In this document: positions 48,126-56,628 of the stretch, one piece after another
Position numbering within the stretch: position 1 is the first letter of the stretch
Layout of the letters: each line of letters starts with the position of its first letter
Source of the DNA: Gemmatimonadaceae bacterium
Lineage (GTDB): Bacteria > Gemmatimonadota > Gemmatimonadetes > Gemmatimonadales > Gemmatimonadaceae
DNA: 64,000 bases
Direction of reading: 5' to 3'
Assembly (NCBI GenBank): GCA_051859245.1
Contig: JBHYGA010000001.1
Span: 1,149,722-1,213,721, forward strand
Notes under the pieces: model-generated
What the model was told of the DNA's origin: nothing
The model's database searches: none
The model's input: the letters and a program-made list of their open reading frames with translations, nothing else
Program-made: the position numbers and the translations under genes

Positions 48126-48607
48126 GTTCGTCCAACTCGGTGCGCGCGTGGGCGCTGCGAGCGCTCGTGATTGGTGTGGTGTGTATTGCACTTGCCTACG
48201 CCAGCGCATTTCTGCCGCAGCCCTATTCGCTGGCGGGACCGTGGCTGATGGCCGTGATGATGCCGGTCGCGATGTTCGCCATGATGACGCTCGGCGCGGT
48301 GCGCGACGTACGCGGGCTTGGCCCGCTTGCAGTGCCGTTCGTGCTTGTGCTTGGTTTGGTAGCCGGCGGATTTGTTGTAGCGCTCGCACTGCCACCGGAA
48401 ACGGTTGATACGCCGCTGCTGCTGGGGCTGCCGAGACGCGCCGCGGTGATTCTGTTTGGTGTGGGACTGTTGCCGTTGTTTGTGTTGCCGATTGTGTACG
48501 CACTCACGTTCGATCGGCTCACGCTTGATGATGACGACATTGCGCGGGTCCGTGCCGCGCGCCTGCCCGAAACAACATCGATTGGCGCACGCGAGGGCAC
48601 GCACTGA
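48122..48607 (+). CDS. Small 4-TM membrane protein, probable symporter accessory subunit
   Basis: Four hydrophobic helices; translationally coupled to both neighbours. Confidence 0.7.
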   Translation: MSSSNSVRAWALRALVIGVVCIALAYASAFLPQPYSLAGPWLMAVMMPVAMFAMMTLGAVRDVRGLGPLAVPFVLVLGLVAGGFVVALALPPETVDTPLLLGLPRRAAVILFGVGLLPLFVLPIVYALTFDRLTLDDDDIARVRAARLPETTSIGAREGTH

Positions 48608-50127
48608 TGCGGGTTCCTGACATGCTTGCACTGCTGCAAACGAGTGCATTGCCAACGCTCAAGCAACCGGTGATCGCAGCGGTTGCGGTGGCGTATTTCG
48701 TAGTGGTAGCCGTGATCGGTACCTGGGCGTCGCGCCGCACGCGATCGGCGGCTGATTTTTTTGTCGCCGGCAAGGGCATTGGCCTGTTCACGCTGGCGAT
48801 CGCATCGATGGCGGCCACGCTCTCTGGATTTGCGTTCATTGGCGGACCCGGACTTGTGTACACCGTTGGTCTTGGCGCGGTGTTCATTGTGCTGCCCGCC
48901 GCGCTCACCAACTCCATGGGCGCGTGGGTCATGGCCAAGCGGTTGCGTCTGCTCGCCGAGGTGCGCGAGATGATGACGATACCCGACGCTATTGGCGCGC
49001 GGTATCAATCGCGCGCGGCGCAGGGGCTGTCCGCGGTTGCGATCATCATTGCGGTGATCGGTTACATGGCCACCAACATTCTGGCGCTTGGGTTGGTGAT
49101 TGACGCGATCTTTGCGCCTGGTCTCGCCGCATCCATCTGGATTGGCACGATCATTGTCCTCGCGTATTCGGTGTCGGGAGGAATTCTTGCCGGCATCTAC
49201 AACGATGTGTTTCAGGGCACGCTGATGGCGGTGGCCTCGGGCGTGGTGTTCTGGTACGCACTTGAAGCGGGCGGCGGGTTTGCCGGCATGTCGCGTACGA
49301 TTCTCGCCACCGACGCCGGGTTACTGTCGCCGTGGGGCAAGCTTACGCCGCTCGCGGCGTTGTCTTTTTACTTCGTGTTTGGCCTCGGCTCGCTGGGGCA
49401 GCCGCACGTAGTTCACAAGTTCTTCATGCTGCGTGATGCGCGCCGTCTCAAGTGGTTTCCACTCTTGATGACCGGCGCGTTGTTCGTGTCGCTGCTGCTC
49501 TTTATTGGCGTTGGGCTGGCGATGAAGGCGCTCGTACTGAGCGGCGCCACACCGGCGCTGCGCATTGCGGATGACGCTACGCCTGTCTTTCTGCTCAACT
49601 TCACTCCGGTGCCGGTGGCGGCGATCGTGTTCGCGAGTGTCGCGGCGGCCATCATGAGCACGGTGAACTCGTTCATGAGTATCGGTGCCGCGGCGTTCAC
49701 GCATGATCTGCCGGTTGCGTTTGGTACGCGACTGAGCAACGAACTCAAGTGGGGCCGCATCTGGACGGTGGTAATCGCGCTGGTCGCGGCCGTCGTGGCA
49801 CAGGCGTCGGGCACGCTCGTGGCCTTTCTCGGGATTTTCGGATGGGGGCTGTTTGCCTCCACGCTTGTACCCGCGCTGGCGGTGGGACTGAACTGGGCAG
49901 GCGCCACGCGTGCTGGTGCCGTGAGCTCAATCGCGACGGGACTTGTCGTTACGCTGGCCCTCGAGACGCTCGCGTTTCAGAAGGTGTTCACGTTCCCGTC
50001 GGGTGTGACGGCGTCGGCGATCGCGCTGGTGTCATCGTTGCTCGTGTTCTTTGTGGTGTCGTGGCTTACGCGCAGTACGGCTGCGGCCACCCTTTCGTCA
50101 GACGTGCGCGCCGTCATGGAGGCATGA
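48607..50127 (+). CDS. Sodium:solute symporter family transporter
   Basis: DFFVAGK, SGFAFIGGPG, TIPDAIGARY, NDVFQG, LGQPHVVHKF, AAIMSTVNS. Confidence 0.93.
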   Translation: MRVPDMLALLQTSALPTLKQPVIAAVAVAYFVVVAVIGTWASRRTRSAADFFVAGKGIGLFTLAIASMAATLSGFAFIGGPGLVYTVGLGAVFIVLPAALTNSMGAWVMAKRLRLLAEVREMMTIPDAIGARYQSRAAQGLSAVAIIIAVIGYMATNILALGLVIDAIFAPGLAASIWIGTIIVLAYSVSGGILAGIYNDVFQGTLMAVASGVVFWYALEAGGGFAGMSRTILATDAGLLSPWGKLTPLAALSFYFVFGLGSLGQPHVVHKFFMLRDARRLKWFPLLMTGALFVSLLLFIGVGLAMKALVLSGATPALRIADDATPVFLLNFTPVPVAAIVFASVAAAIMSTVNSFMSIGAAAFTHDLPVAFGTRLSNELKWGRIWTVVIALVAAVVAQASGTLVAFLGIFGWGLFASTLVPALAVGLNWAGATRAGAVSSIATGLVVTLALETLAFQKVFTFPSGVTASAIALVSSLLVFFVVSWLTRSTAAATLSSDVRAVMEA

Positions 50128-50128
50128 C

Positions 50129-50566
50129 ATGGAGTTTGAAGCAATCACCGTCGGAGTCACATCCGAATGGAGCAAGACGGTCTCAGACGCGGATGTGATG
50201 CAGTACGCGAGCATCACGGGAGACTTCAATCCGGTGCATGTAGACGAAGCAGCGGCGGCTGCAAGTCGTTTTGGTGGACGCATCGCGCACGGCATGCTCA
50301 CCGCGGGGTTCATTTCGGCGGCCATTGCCAATGGCGTTCCCGGTCCCGGTGCGATCTACCTGTCGCAAACGCTCGCGTTTCGTCAACCGGTGCGCATCGG
50401 TGACACGATCACCGTGCGCATCGAGGTCGTAGAGATCATGGCACGTACGCGACGCGTGCGATTGACCACGGTGTGTCGCAACCAGAATGGCACCGTTGTG
50501 CTCGACGGTGAAGCAGTGGTGTTGGTCCCTCCTCCATTTTCTCCTCCCACCTCCGGAGACGTCTGA
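50129..50566 (+). CDS. MaoC-family (R)-specific enoyl-CoA hydratase (PhaJ-like)
   Basis: YASITGDFNPVHVD (Asp/His dyad), IAHGML, PGPGAIYLSQTLAFRQPVRIGD. Confidence 0.9.
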   Translation: MEFEAITVGVTSEWSKTVSDADVMQYASITGDFNPVHVDEAAAAASRFGGRIAHGMLTAGFISAAIANGVPGPGAIYLSQTLAFRQPVRIGDTITVRIEVVEIMARTRRVRLTTVCRNQNGTVVLDGEAVVLVPPPFSPPTSGDV

Positions 50567-53121
50567 TGTCGCCCGCAATGTCGTTGATCACTCGCGCGAA
50601 CACTCGCGTCTGGCGCGCTGTGTGCACTCGTGCGCTCGTGTTGTGTACTGCGGTGATGCTCACCCCCGCGCTCGCCCAGGCACAAAGCGGAACGCTGGCT
50701 GGCGTGGTTGCCGACAGCGCCGGCAGGCCGCTGGCCGGCACGCAGGTGGGTCTGATGGGCACGCGATTCGCCGTCACGGCTGGAACCGATGGTCGATATC
50801 GCATCACCGGCATTCCGGCGGGCACGTACGAGGTGCGAGCGCAGCGTATTGGCTCCGCGGTGCGCACGTTTCCGGGCACGGTAATTCGCGCCGGCGAGGA
50901 AACACGCCTTGACGTGCAGCTTTCGTCGAGTGCGTTGCAGATCGGCAGCTACGTGGTGTCTGCATCGCGTCGCGTGGAGAAGATTACCGACGCGCCGGCC
51001 ACCGTGTCGCGCATTACGGCGGACATGATTCGCAATACGGTTGGCAACTCGTTCACGGCCGCCCTGAAAGATGTGAAGGGCGTAGACTTTTTTCAGACCG
51101 GTATCGCGTCGGCGGGCATCAACGCGCGTGGCTTCAACAGCGCGTTCAACAATCGCATGTTACAGATGGAGGACAATCGCATCGCCGTGCTTCCGGAGAA
51201 CGGGTTGCCGGTTGGCGTGTTCACCACCATCCCGAAAGTAGACATCGCGGGAGTGGAAGTATTGATCGGCCCAGGTGCGGCGCTGTATGGCCCTGATGCC
51301 TCGAACGGTGTGGTCACACTGTTGAGCAAAGACCCGAAGGAATATCAAGGCACCATTCTTGAGTTCAGCGTGGGCGGAAACTCAATCAGCCGTTTTGGTG
51401 AACAGACCCCGGGCACCGTCTCCTTCAAAAACGTGCAGGGTCGGCACGCGGGCGTCCTGCTGAACGGGCGACTGGGATACAAAGTCACCGGCGAGTTGAT
51501 TGACGCCTACGATTGGCAGAATGTGAATCGGTATGCCGCGGTGGCGCCGAGCACCACGCCGTCGCCGGAGATTGGTATTGACTGGAATACGGACTACCTG
51601 CGGGGCGGTGGCGCGCTGGTGTGGTACTTCAACAATGGAGCGCGGCTCGAGTATCAGGGTGGTGCGAGCAAGTCGAACGGCGTTGGCATTACGAGCGCGG
51701 GCCGTAATCAGCTCAAGGATTGGGGCTACTGGAATCAGCAGGTGCGTTTTACCAGTGACCGCTTTTTTGCGCAGGCATACGCCACGCGTTCGTTGTCGGG
51801 ACAGACGTATGCGATCAACGGCTTCTCCACCAACCGTTTGGCGGCGCGCTTTAACGGCATCAGCGACGATTCCGTGAAACAGGCGTCCGCGTTTCCTGCA
51901 GACGGTCGTTTGATGGCCGCCGAGGCACAGCACAACTTTACCGTGCCGTCGTTGCTCAACACGCGTGTGGTGTGGGGTGTGCAGGCGCGTCGTGATCAGG
52001 TGTCATCCAAGCGCGTCTGGCTTGAAGACGCGATTACGGGCGAAGATCTCGAGCTGCAGCAGATCGGTGCATACGCCCAGACAGAAACGCCGATCAATGA
52101 GCACACGAAGCTTGTGCTTGGTGCGCGCTATGACAAACCCGAGTTCTACGACAATCAGTTTTCACCCAAAGCGGCGCTGTTGATTTCGCCGAGTGAGAAC
52201 AACACGTTCCGCATCACGTACAATCGCGCGTTCAAGTCGCCCTCGATTCTGCAGACCAGCTTCTACTTCCGCGACTTCGCACCGCTGGTTGGAGTGTTTG
52301 GCAATCGTGATGGTATTCAGGTCAAGAACGCGGCGGGCACGGTGCTTCGCACGCTTGATCCCGTGGAACCGGAGTCGAACAATACGATTGAGCTTGGCTA
52401 CAAGGGTGTGATCGGCGACAAACTGTTTCTTGAGGTGGCCGGCTGGGTGGCGCGCTACGAGAGTTTCCTGAGTCCGCTGGTGGTGGTGGCCAACCCGTTC
52501 GCTGGTGCTTCCGCGTCGTTCGCGTTTAACGCACGCACAAACACCAAGTACACAAACGCCGCTGGCGTTGATCAGATCGCGCTCACGTATTTCAATCTCG
52601 GCAAGGCCACGCTGTCTGGTATCGATGCCGGCTGGCGTTACCTGATCACGCCGTCGCTGACGACCAGCGGTACGATGTCCTTCATGCAGCTGGACTCGAT
52701 TATCCGCGCGCCGGGTGATCCGGCGGAAGCCACGTCGCTGAACAGCCCGAGTGCCAAGTTTACGGTGGGTATGGAGAGCACCGCGCTTCCGTTTGGCTCC
52801 TTCGGTGGCTTTACAATGCGATTCGTGAAGGACTATCAGTTCCTGTCTGGTGCGCACAACGGTCGCATTCCCGGGTTGCTTGGCCTGGATTTCAACGTGG
52901 GTTATCGTCTGCCGTCGCAGCGCGCGCAGATCAACCTGTCGGTGCAGAACGCGTTCGTATGCACGAGCGGTACGAGCACCGCGCCGGCCTTCCTGAACGC
53001 GGCGGTGCCATCAGGGTACCGTCGTGGCTGGGGCTGCGGTATCGGTCGTGAGCACATCGAACTGTTGAACATGCCCGCCATTGGTTCCATGGCATTCCTT
53101 GGTGTTCGCTTCGATCTTTGA
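50566..53121 (+). CDS. TonB-dependent outer-membrane receptor
   Basis: Signal peptide, carboxypeptidase-like N-domain, VVSASR...DAPATVS, EVLIGPGAALYG plug, beta-barrel, C-terminal FLGVRFDL. Confidence 0.93.
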   Translation: MSPAMSLITRANTRVWRAVCTRALVLCTAVMLTPALAQAQSGTLAGVVADSAGRPLAGTQVGLMGTRFAVTAGTDGRYRITGIPAGTYEVRAQRIGSAVRTFPGTVIRAGEETRLDVQLSSSALQIGSYVVSASRRVEKITDAPATVSRITADMIRNTVGNSFTAALKDVKGVDFFQTGIASAGINARGFNSAFNNRMLQMEDNRIAVLPENGLPVGVFTTIPKVDIAGVEVLIGPGAALYGPDASNGVVTLLSKDPKEYQGTILEFSVGGNSISRFGEQTPGTVSFKNVQGRHAGVLLNGRLGYKVTGELIDAYDWQNVNRYAAVAPSTTPSPEIGIDWNTDYLRGGGALVWYFNNGARLEYQGGASKSNGVGITSAGRNQLKDWGYWNQQVRFTSDRFFAQAYATRSLSGQTYAINGFSTNRLAARFNGISDDSVKQASAFPADGRLMAAEAQHNFTVPSLLNTRVVWGVQARRDQVSSKRVWLEDAITGEDLELQQIGAYAQTETPINEHTKLVLGARYDKPEFYDNQFSPKAALLISPSENNTFRITYNRAFKSPSILQTSFYFRDFAPLVGVFGNRDGIQVKNAAGTVLRTLDPVEPESNNTIELGYKGVIGDKLFLEVAGWVARYESFLSPLVVVANPFAGASASFAFNARTNTKYTNAAGVDQIALTYFNLGKATLSGIDAGWRYLITPSLTTSGTMSFMQLDSIIRAPGDPAEATSLNSPSAKFTVGMESTALPFGSFGGFTMRFVKDYQFLSGAHNGRIPGLLGLDFNVGYRLPSQRAQINLSVQNAFVCTSGTSTAPAFLNAAVPSGYRRGWGCGIGREHIELLNMPAIGSMAFLGVRFDL

Positions 53122-53125
53122 TGGC

Positions 53126-54157
53126 ATGCAAACCGTGCTGCACATGGTGTGGGCTCTTGCCGTTGCTGGAATACCACCGGCAACGGCAGCCGCGCAGTCC
53201 CTGGGCGAACCAATGATGCGGGCGGTCGCCGTGATGGATACACTGCCGGGCAAAACCGAAACGGGTCGGCACACCTTCGGTGACGTGAGTCGGAACTGGC
53301 GGTTGTACGAACCGTCAAACAAAAGCGCCGATGCGGCTCCAGGCATGTTGGTACTGCTGCACGGATGTACGCAGGATGCAGCCGATCTCATGCGTGGAAC
53401 ACGCGCGGAGGCGTTCGCGGAGCGTGCGGGGATGATCGTGCTGGCGCCTGAACAGGAGGCGTCAGCGCACCCCCAGAAGTGTTGGAACTGGTATGATCCG
53501 CGTCACCAGAACCGTGACGCGGGTGAGCTCGCGTGGATGTCGTCGGTGATTTCGATGATCGTGAAGCGCTACGGCGTAGACGCATCGCGCGTGCACGTGG
53601 CTGGTATCTCGGCGGGAGGTGCCATGGCTCAGCTCTTTGCCACCGCGTATCCGGAGCAGGTGGCATCGCTCACGGTGGCCAGCGGTGTGGCTGTTGGCGC
53701 TGCGGCCACGGTGCCCGATGCGTTGCAGGCCATGCGAAATGGTCCACGCGAGGGCACGACCACGTCGTCTGTGGTGTTGACGCGTATGGGGCAACGAAAA
53801 CGCGCGATTCCGCTGTTGGTCATGCACGGTGCGAGCGACGCAGTGGTCAGTCCACGAAACGCCGATGCACTTATGAAGCAGTGGAGCGATGTTCTCGATG
53901 CGTTGGCAATCGCGCGTCCCCGCGAGCGATTGCAAGGTGATAGTGGTACCGGGAAAACCGCGCAGATGCGCGCTGAAGTTGACGCGGCTGGTCGTGCCTG
54001 GCTTGTGGACTGGCGCGTGCGCGGTGTGGGACATGCGTGGTCGGGCGGTGCCAAAGAAGGGACCTACACTGATCCGGAAGGAGCGGATGCAACGGCCATG
54101 TTGTTTGCGTTCATTGCTGAGCAGGATTCGTTCGTTGCCAAGAGTCGAGCGCCGTGA
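53126..54157 (+). CDS. PHB depolymerase-family esterase (LpqC-like), probably exported
   Basis: LLHGCTQ oxyanion motif, CWNW, GISAGG nucleophile, HGASD, GHAWSGG. No C-terminal substrate-binding domain. Confidence 0.88.
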   Translation: MQTVLHMVWALAVAGIPPATAAAQSLGEPMMRAVAVMDTLPGKTETGRHTFGDVSRNWRLYEPSNKSADAAPGMLVLLHGCTQDAADLMRGTRAEAFAERAGMIVLAPEQEASAHPQKCWNWYDPRHQNRDAGELAWMSSVISMIVKRYGVDASRVHVAGISAGGAMAQLFATAYPEQVASLTVASGVAVGAAATVPDALQAMRNGPREGTTTSSVVLTRMGQRKRAIPLLVMHGASDAVVSPRNADALMKQWSDVLDALAIARPRERLQGDSGTGKTAQMRAEVDAAGRAWLVDWRVRGVGHAWSGGAKEGTYTDPEGADATAMLFAFIAEQDSFVAKSRAP

Positions 54158-55689
54158 GCCTTGTCTTTGATCCGCTCGCCTGGTGGGCGTCGCACGACCC
54201 GGCTCGGATCGCGATCACCGATCCATCTCGCGGCGCGAGCTACAGTTATGGTGCGCTCGATCAGCAGGCCACGCAGTGGAGCGCCGCGTTGGCGCAGCTC
54301 GGCGTTGTGGCGGGCGATCGCGTCGCAATCCTCGCCCAGAATCGCCTGGATTTTGTGCCCGCGCTCACGGGTGCGAATCGACTCGGCGCGTCTCTCGTGC
54401 CGCTCAACTGGCGACTCAGCGCCGGCGAGCTTGCGCGTGTGTTGTGCGACGCGTCGCCCAGGGTGCTACTTGGCGAAGATCGATTTCGCGCGCTTGCAGA
54501 AGAGGCGGTGCGTCTCGCCGATGGCGTGAATCCCGCGTGGTGCGATCTTGATTTCGACGCACCCGCGTTGCTGCAGCGAGCGTCGCCCATCGGGCAACGC
54601 TCGCGTGTTGATGGAAATAGCGCAGCATTGATGCTCTACACGTCGGGAAGCACCGGGACGCCCAAGGGCGTGGTGATGGCGCACAGGCAACTGCACTGGA
54701 ACGCGGTGGCCACGAATGTGGCGTGGGAGCTTGGGCCGAATGATGTGGGGCCGCTCGCGTCGCCGCTCTTTCACACGGGTGGCTGGGGTGTGTTCACATT
54801 GCCGCTGCTGTTCTGTGGAGGACGCATGGTGATGTTTGATAGCTTCGAACCCGATCAGCTGTTGCACACCATGCGCGAGCAATCGATAACCGTGGCGTTT
54901 GGTGTGCCAACGCAGCTGGACATGTTGCGCGAACGACCGGCGTGGGGCGAACCGCTGCCTTCCTTGCGGTGGTTTATTGCCGGTGGCGCGCCGTGTCCGC
55001 AGCGCGTTCGAGATGCCGTGTGGGATGCCGGATACAACTTCCGGGAAGGCTATGGCCTCACGGAGTGTGGGCCCAACTGCTTCACCACCACCAACGCAAT
55101 TGCGCGAGCGAATCCAGGGACGGTCGGTCATCCGCTGCCGTTCCTTGAGATGCGACTCACGAACGATGATGGTGCCATCGTTTCGGCCAACGAAGTCGGA
55201 GAGCTGCAGCTGCGAGGGCCGCAGCTGTTCGATGGCTACTTCAACGCACCGGCGCTCACGGCTGAAGTCATGACTGCCGATGGCTGGTTGCGCACAGGTG
55301 ATCTGGCCCTGCGTCGCGACGATGGCGTGTGGGCCATTCGCGGACGTCGCAAAGAGATGTACATCTCCGGTGGCGAAAATGTATTTCCGGGCGAGGTAGA
55401 AGCGGCATTGCTTGGCTGCACTGGTGTGGCCGAGGCTGCAGTGATTGGCGTCGCGGATGAACGCTGGGGTGAAGTGGGCTGCGCGCTGGTGGTGCGTGCC
55501 ATTGGGCACGACCATCTCGATGATGCGGCGATCATCGCTGCGGCGCGCGAACGACTCGCGGGATACAAGGTTCCGAAACGTGTGGTCTTCGCCGATCATG
55601 TGCCCAAGCTTGGATCCGGCAAGATTGATCGTTCGGCGGTGCGCGCGTTGATCGCGGCGCGGAACAGCGCCACCGCGGCACACGCATGA
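54154..55689 (+). CDS. AMP-dependent acyl-CoA ligase (MenE/FadD-like)
   Basis: LYTSGSTGTPKG, PLFHTGG, EGYGLTE, RTGD, ISGGENVFP, GSGKIDR. Confidence 0.92.
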   Translation: MSLVFDPLAWWASHDPARIAITDPSRGASYSYGALDQQATQWSAALAQLGVVAGDRVAILAQNRLDFVPALTGANRLGASLVPLNWRLSAGELARVLCDASPRVLLGEDRFRALAEEAVRLADGVNPAWCDLDFDAPALLQRASPIGQRSRVDGNSAALMLYTSGSTGTPKGVVMAHRQLHWNAVATNVAWELGPNDVGPLASPLFHTGGWGVFTLPLLFCGGRMVMFDSFEPDQLLHTMREQSITVAFGVPTQLDMLRERPAWGEPLPSLRWFIAGGAPCPQRVRDAVWDAGYNFREGYGLTECGPNCFTTTNAIARANPGTVGHPLPFLEMRLTNDDGAIVSANEVGELQLRGPQLFDGYFNAPALTAEVMTADGWLRTGDLALRRDDGVWAIRGRRKEMYISGGENVFPGEVEAALLGCTGVAEAAVIGVADERWGEVGCALVVRAIGHDHLDDAAIIAAARERLAGYKVPKRVVFADHVPKLGSGKIDRSAVRALIAARNSATAAHA

Positions 55690-56291
55690 AATCGGAAACG
55701 GTGGACGCCGCCGTTGCGAGCACCAAAGGCGCGACCGTTCGTGGCACGCTCGCGTTCTTGCACAAACTTGTGGGTGCGGGCGGTGTGCAGGCGGTGCTTG
55801 ATGCCTTGCCGGCCGCGCTCGCCACAGAGTTGGCCACGGTGCAACCGACCGACGATGTGCCATACGCGCGATTGGTGGCGTTGTGGCAGGCCGCCGACGC
55901 TCAACTGCGCGAACGACACCCGCATTGGGCCGAACTGGGCGGGCGTTTTAACATCGAGTCGCTCGGTTTGCAGTTGTATGGCGGCATTCTTCGCAAACCC
56001 ACGCCAAAGGATTTCCTCACCCAGAGCGTCTCGTTGTTCCGGCTGTTCTACGCGCCGGGAGACATGCAGGTGGTGCAGGAAGACCCGGGAAGCGCCGTGC
56101 TGCGACTGGTTGGGTTTGATCCGGTGCACGCCGTGTTCTGCCGTCGGCAGGTTGGCGGATTGGCGTGCGCACTGGAGCTCGCAGGCGGCGTGTCGCCGGT
56201 GGTGCGTCATGTGCGGTGCACCTTGCAGGGCGATGTGTTCTGCGAATGGGAGATGCGCTGGTCGGAGCGCGAGCCACGCGGCTCCACGTAG
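55686..56291 (+). CDS. V4R/H-NOX-like ligand-binding protein (DUF2378-like)
   Basis: TKGATV...GGVQAVL, VPYARLV, and C-terminal FCRRQ...RCTLQGDVFCEWEMRW V4R pattern. Confidence 0.65.
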   Translation: MKSETVDAAVASTKGATVRGTLAFLHKLVGAGGVQAVLDALPAALATELATVQPTDDVPYARLVALWQAADAQLRERHPHWAELGGRFNIESLGLQLYGGILRKPTPKDFLTQSVSLFRLFYAPGDMQVVQEDPGSAVLRLVGFDPVHAVFCRRQVGGLACALELAGGVSPVVRHVRCTLQGDVFCEWEMRWSEREPRGST

Positions 56292-56340
56292 TCGGTTCGC
56301 CTCTGGTGCTCAGCTGGTGATTTGACGAGCGTTAGGAGAC

Positions 56341-56628
56341 ATGCCAACCACGCCCCGTCACTCACCCAAATCGCGAGCCGATCGTTCGCCTGCGCCGCGC
56401 CCTGCGGCCACGCAGATGGATCTGTTTCCCGAACGACCGGTGGTCGAAGTGCTCGATCCCAGAACGGTCGTTGGACCGCGCACGGCGACGTCGGCGGTGA
56501 TCCGTGTACGATTGCGTTCCGTCGAAGCGCCGCATCTCGTGTTTCACGATCGACACGGATGGTATTGCGACACGCATGGTGCGACGTGCGAAGCCGTAGC
56601 GGTGGCGCGCGCCGAGCCGGCGCTGTGA
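56341..56628 (+). CDS. Small hypothetical protein with a QMDLF motif and a His/Cys cluster
   Basis: AGGAG SD; its stop overlaps the next start (GTGA); FHDRHGWYCDTHGATC. Confidence 0.75.
   Translation: MPTTPRHSPKSRADRSPAPRPAATQMDLFPERPVVEVLDPRTVVGPRTATSAVIRVRLRSVEAPHLVFHDRHGWYCDTHGATCEAVAVARAEPAL

Noticed and set aside
44384..56291. Secondary-metabolite biosynthetic cluster or PHA synthesis locus
   Set aside because: No ACP, PKS/NRPS module, exporter or PhaC. Importers, a hydrolase and a repressor favour uptake and catabolism, though biosynthesis is not strictly excluded.
56322..56624. N-terminal extension of acetoacetate-CoA ligase in the ORF track
   Set aside because: The family N-terminus begins at GTG 56625, and the region is occupied by a separate SD-led ORF in another frame.
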